From Cellvibrionales bacterium (GTDB lineage: Bacteria > Pseudomonadota > Gammaproteobacteria > Pseudomonadales > GM7GCV1): 64,000 bases of DNA. Below the pieces are notes generated by a model. The model saw only the letters and a program-made list of their open reading frames with translations, did not search any database and was not told where the DNA came from. Below, in pieces: positions 63,234 to 64,000 of this stretch (within the stretch, counting starts at the first letter, position 1; every line of letters starts with the position of its first letter). The DNA lies in the NCBI GenBank assembly GCA_014323765.1, contig JACONM010000012.1:12814-76813 (forward strand). The letters are read 5' to 3'. The position numbers were made by a program, and so were the translations under genes.

Positions 63234-64000
63234 TCAACCGTAACGGGCGCGCAGCACATTTTTCTGCACCTTGCCCAGCGCGTTGCGCGGCAGGGAATCG
63301 ACCAGTTCCACCCGGCTCGGCTGCTTAAACTTCGCCAATTTGCCGCCAAGTGCCCGCCGCACCTCCGCCGCCGACAGGGCCGGGTCCGCCGCCACCACGA
63401 TCGCACAGACGGACTCGCCAAAATCCGGGTGCGGTAAGCCAATCACGGCGGATTCGGCCACCTGCGGCATGGCATCGAGCAGGGTTTCGATCTCTTTCGG
63501 GTAGACGTTGTAGCCGCCGGTGATAATCAGATCCTTGGCCCGCCCGACAATCGCGATGCGCCCGTCCGCGGCCATGGTCGCCAGGTCCCCGGTGATGAAG
63601 TAGCCGTCCGCGCGGAATTCGGCGGCGGTCTCCGTCGGTCGCTGCCAATACCCACGGAACACATTGGGGCCTTTGACTTCCAAGGTGCCGATGCTGTCGC
63701 GCGGCAATTCCTGCCCGTCTGCATCGGCGACTCGTACCGCGATGCCGGGCAGGGCATAGCCCACAGTCCCGGCGATGCGCTCGCCGGCGTAGGGGTTGGA
63801 GGCGACCATGCCTAGTTCCGTCATCCCATAACGCTCCAAGATCCTATGCCCAGTGCGGGCGAGCCAATCCCGATGCAAGGGCGCACTCAGCGGTGCCGAG
63901 CCGGAGATAAACAGGCGCATCCGGGCACAGTCGGCGGCCCCAAATTCGGGGTCGGCCAGCAGGCGGCTGTAAAAGGTCGGCACCCCCATCATCACGCTGG
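63234..64000 (-). CDS. AMP-dependent acyl-CoA synthetase (malonyl-CoA-synthase-like); N-terminus beyond window end
   Basis: C-terminal half of an adenylate-forming enzyme: ERYGMTE...GYFITGDLA...GRAKDLIITGGYNVYPKEIE...LAKFKQPSRVELVDSLPRNALGKVQKNVLR. Confidence 0.85.
   Translation of the reverse strand, partial: SVMMGVPTFYSRLLADPEFGAADCARMRLFISGSAPLSAPLHRDWLARTGHRILERYGMTELGMVASNPYAGERIAGTVGYALPGIAVRVADADGQELPRDSIGTLEVKGPNVFRGYWQRPTETAAEFRADGYFITGDLATMAADGRIAIVGRAKDLIITGGYNVYPKEIETLLDAMPQVAESAVIGLPHPDFGESVCAIVVAADPALSAAEVRRALGGKLAKFKQPSRVELVDSLPRNALGKVQKNVLRARYG

Overview
High-GC (hand-counted lines about 65-70% GC) gammaproteobacterial-type chromosomal segment. Most of it is ordinary core genes: cysI plus DUF934, prfC, purN-purM-DUF2066-hda-msrB, nadK, rhomboid protease, apbE, pepN, msrPQ, queD, queF, and two tRNA pairs (Glu-Gly, Val-Asp). 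There are two TonB-dependent-receptor uptake loci. One has an ABC ATPase and two DUF3526 permeases. The other is a TetR-controlled symporter/receptor locus with three copies of one palindromic operator. Two regions stand out. (1) A lower-GC block of about 8.8 kb (26.5-35.3 kb; sampled lines about 43-53% GC) starts 11 nt after tRNA-Gly. It carries a 2OG-Fe(II) oxygenase, a POT transporter, yadGH-like ABC genes translationally coupled to queF, a MAPEG protein, an unknown protein, a membrane-anchored pentapeptide-repeat gene with an in-frame TGA, and a RhuM-Fic/Doc fusion. (2) An unbroken minus-strand array (50358 to 36695) runs on into an M48/LysM protease. It is built around a lone MotA/TolQ/ExbB-type channel protein and has no canonical MotB/ExbD/TolR partner. 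Instead it encodes two paralogous proteins with an ExbD/TolR-like Asp-containing transmembrane anchor, a coiled coil and a vWA domain. It also encodes a degenerate Hsp70/actin-fold protein with an FHA-like tail, a 5xPEGA-FGE-sulfatase membrane protein, a TPR-PEGA protein, a TPR-TonB_C-like protein, a Gly-rich disordered lipoprotein and several other lipoproteins. I read this as a candidate ion-driven envelope machine of a type I do not recognise, and it is the main lead. All family calls come from reading the translated sequences by eye; no database search was possible. No CRISPR array, rRNA, transposase or integrase was seen.
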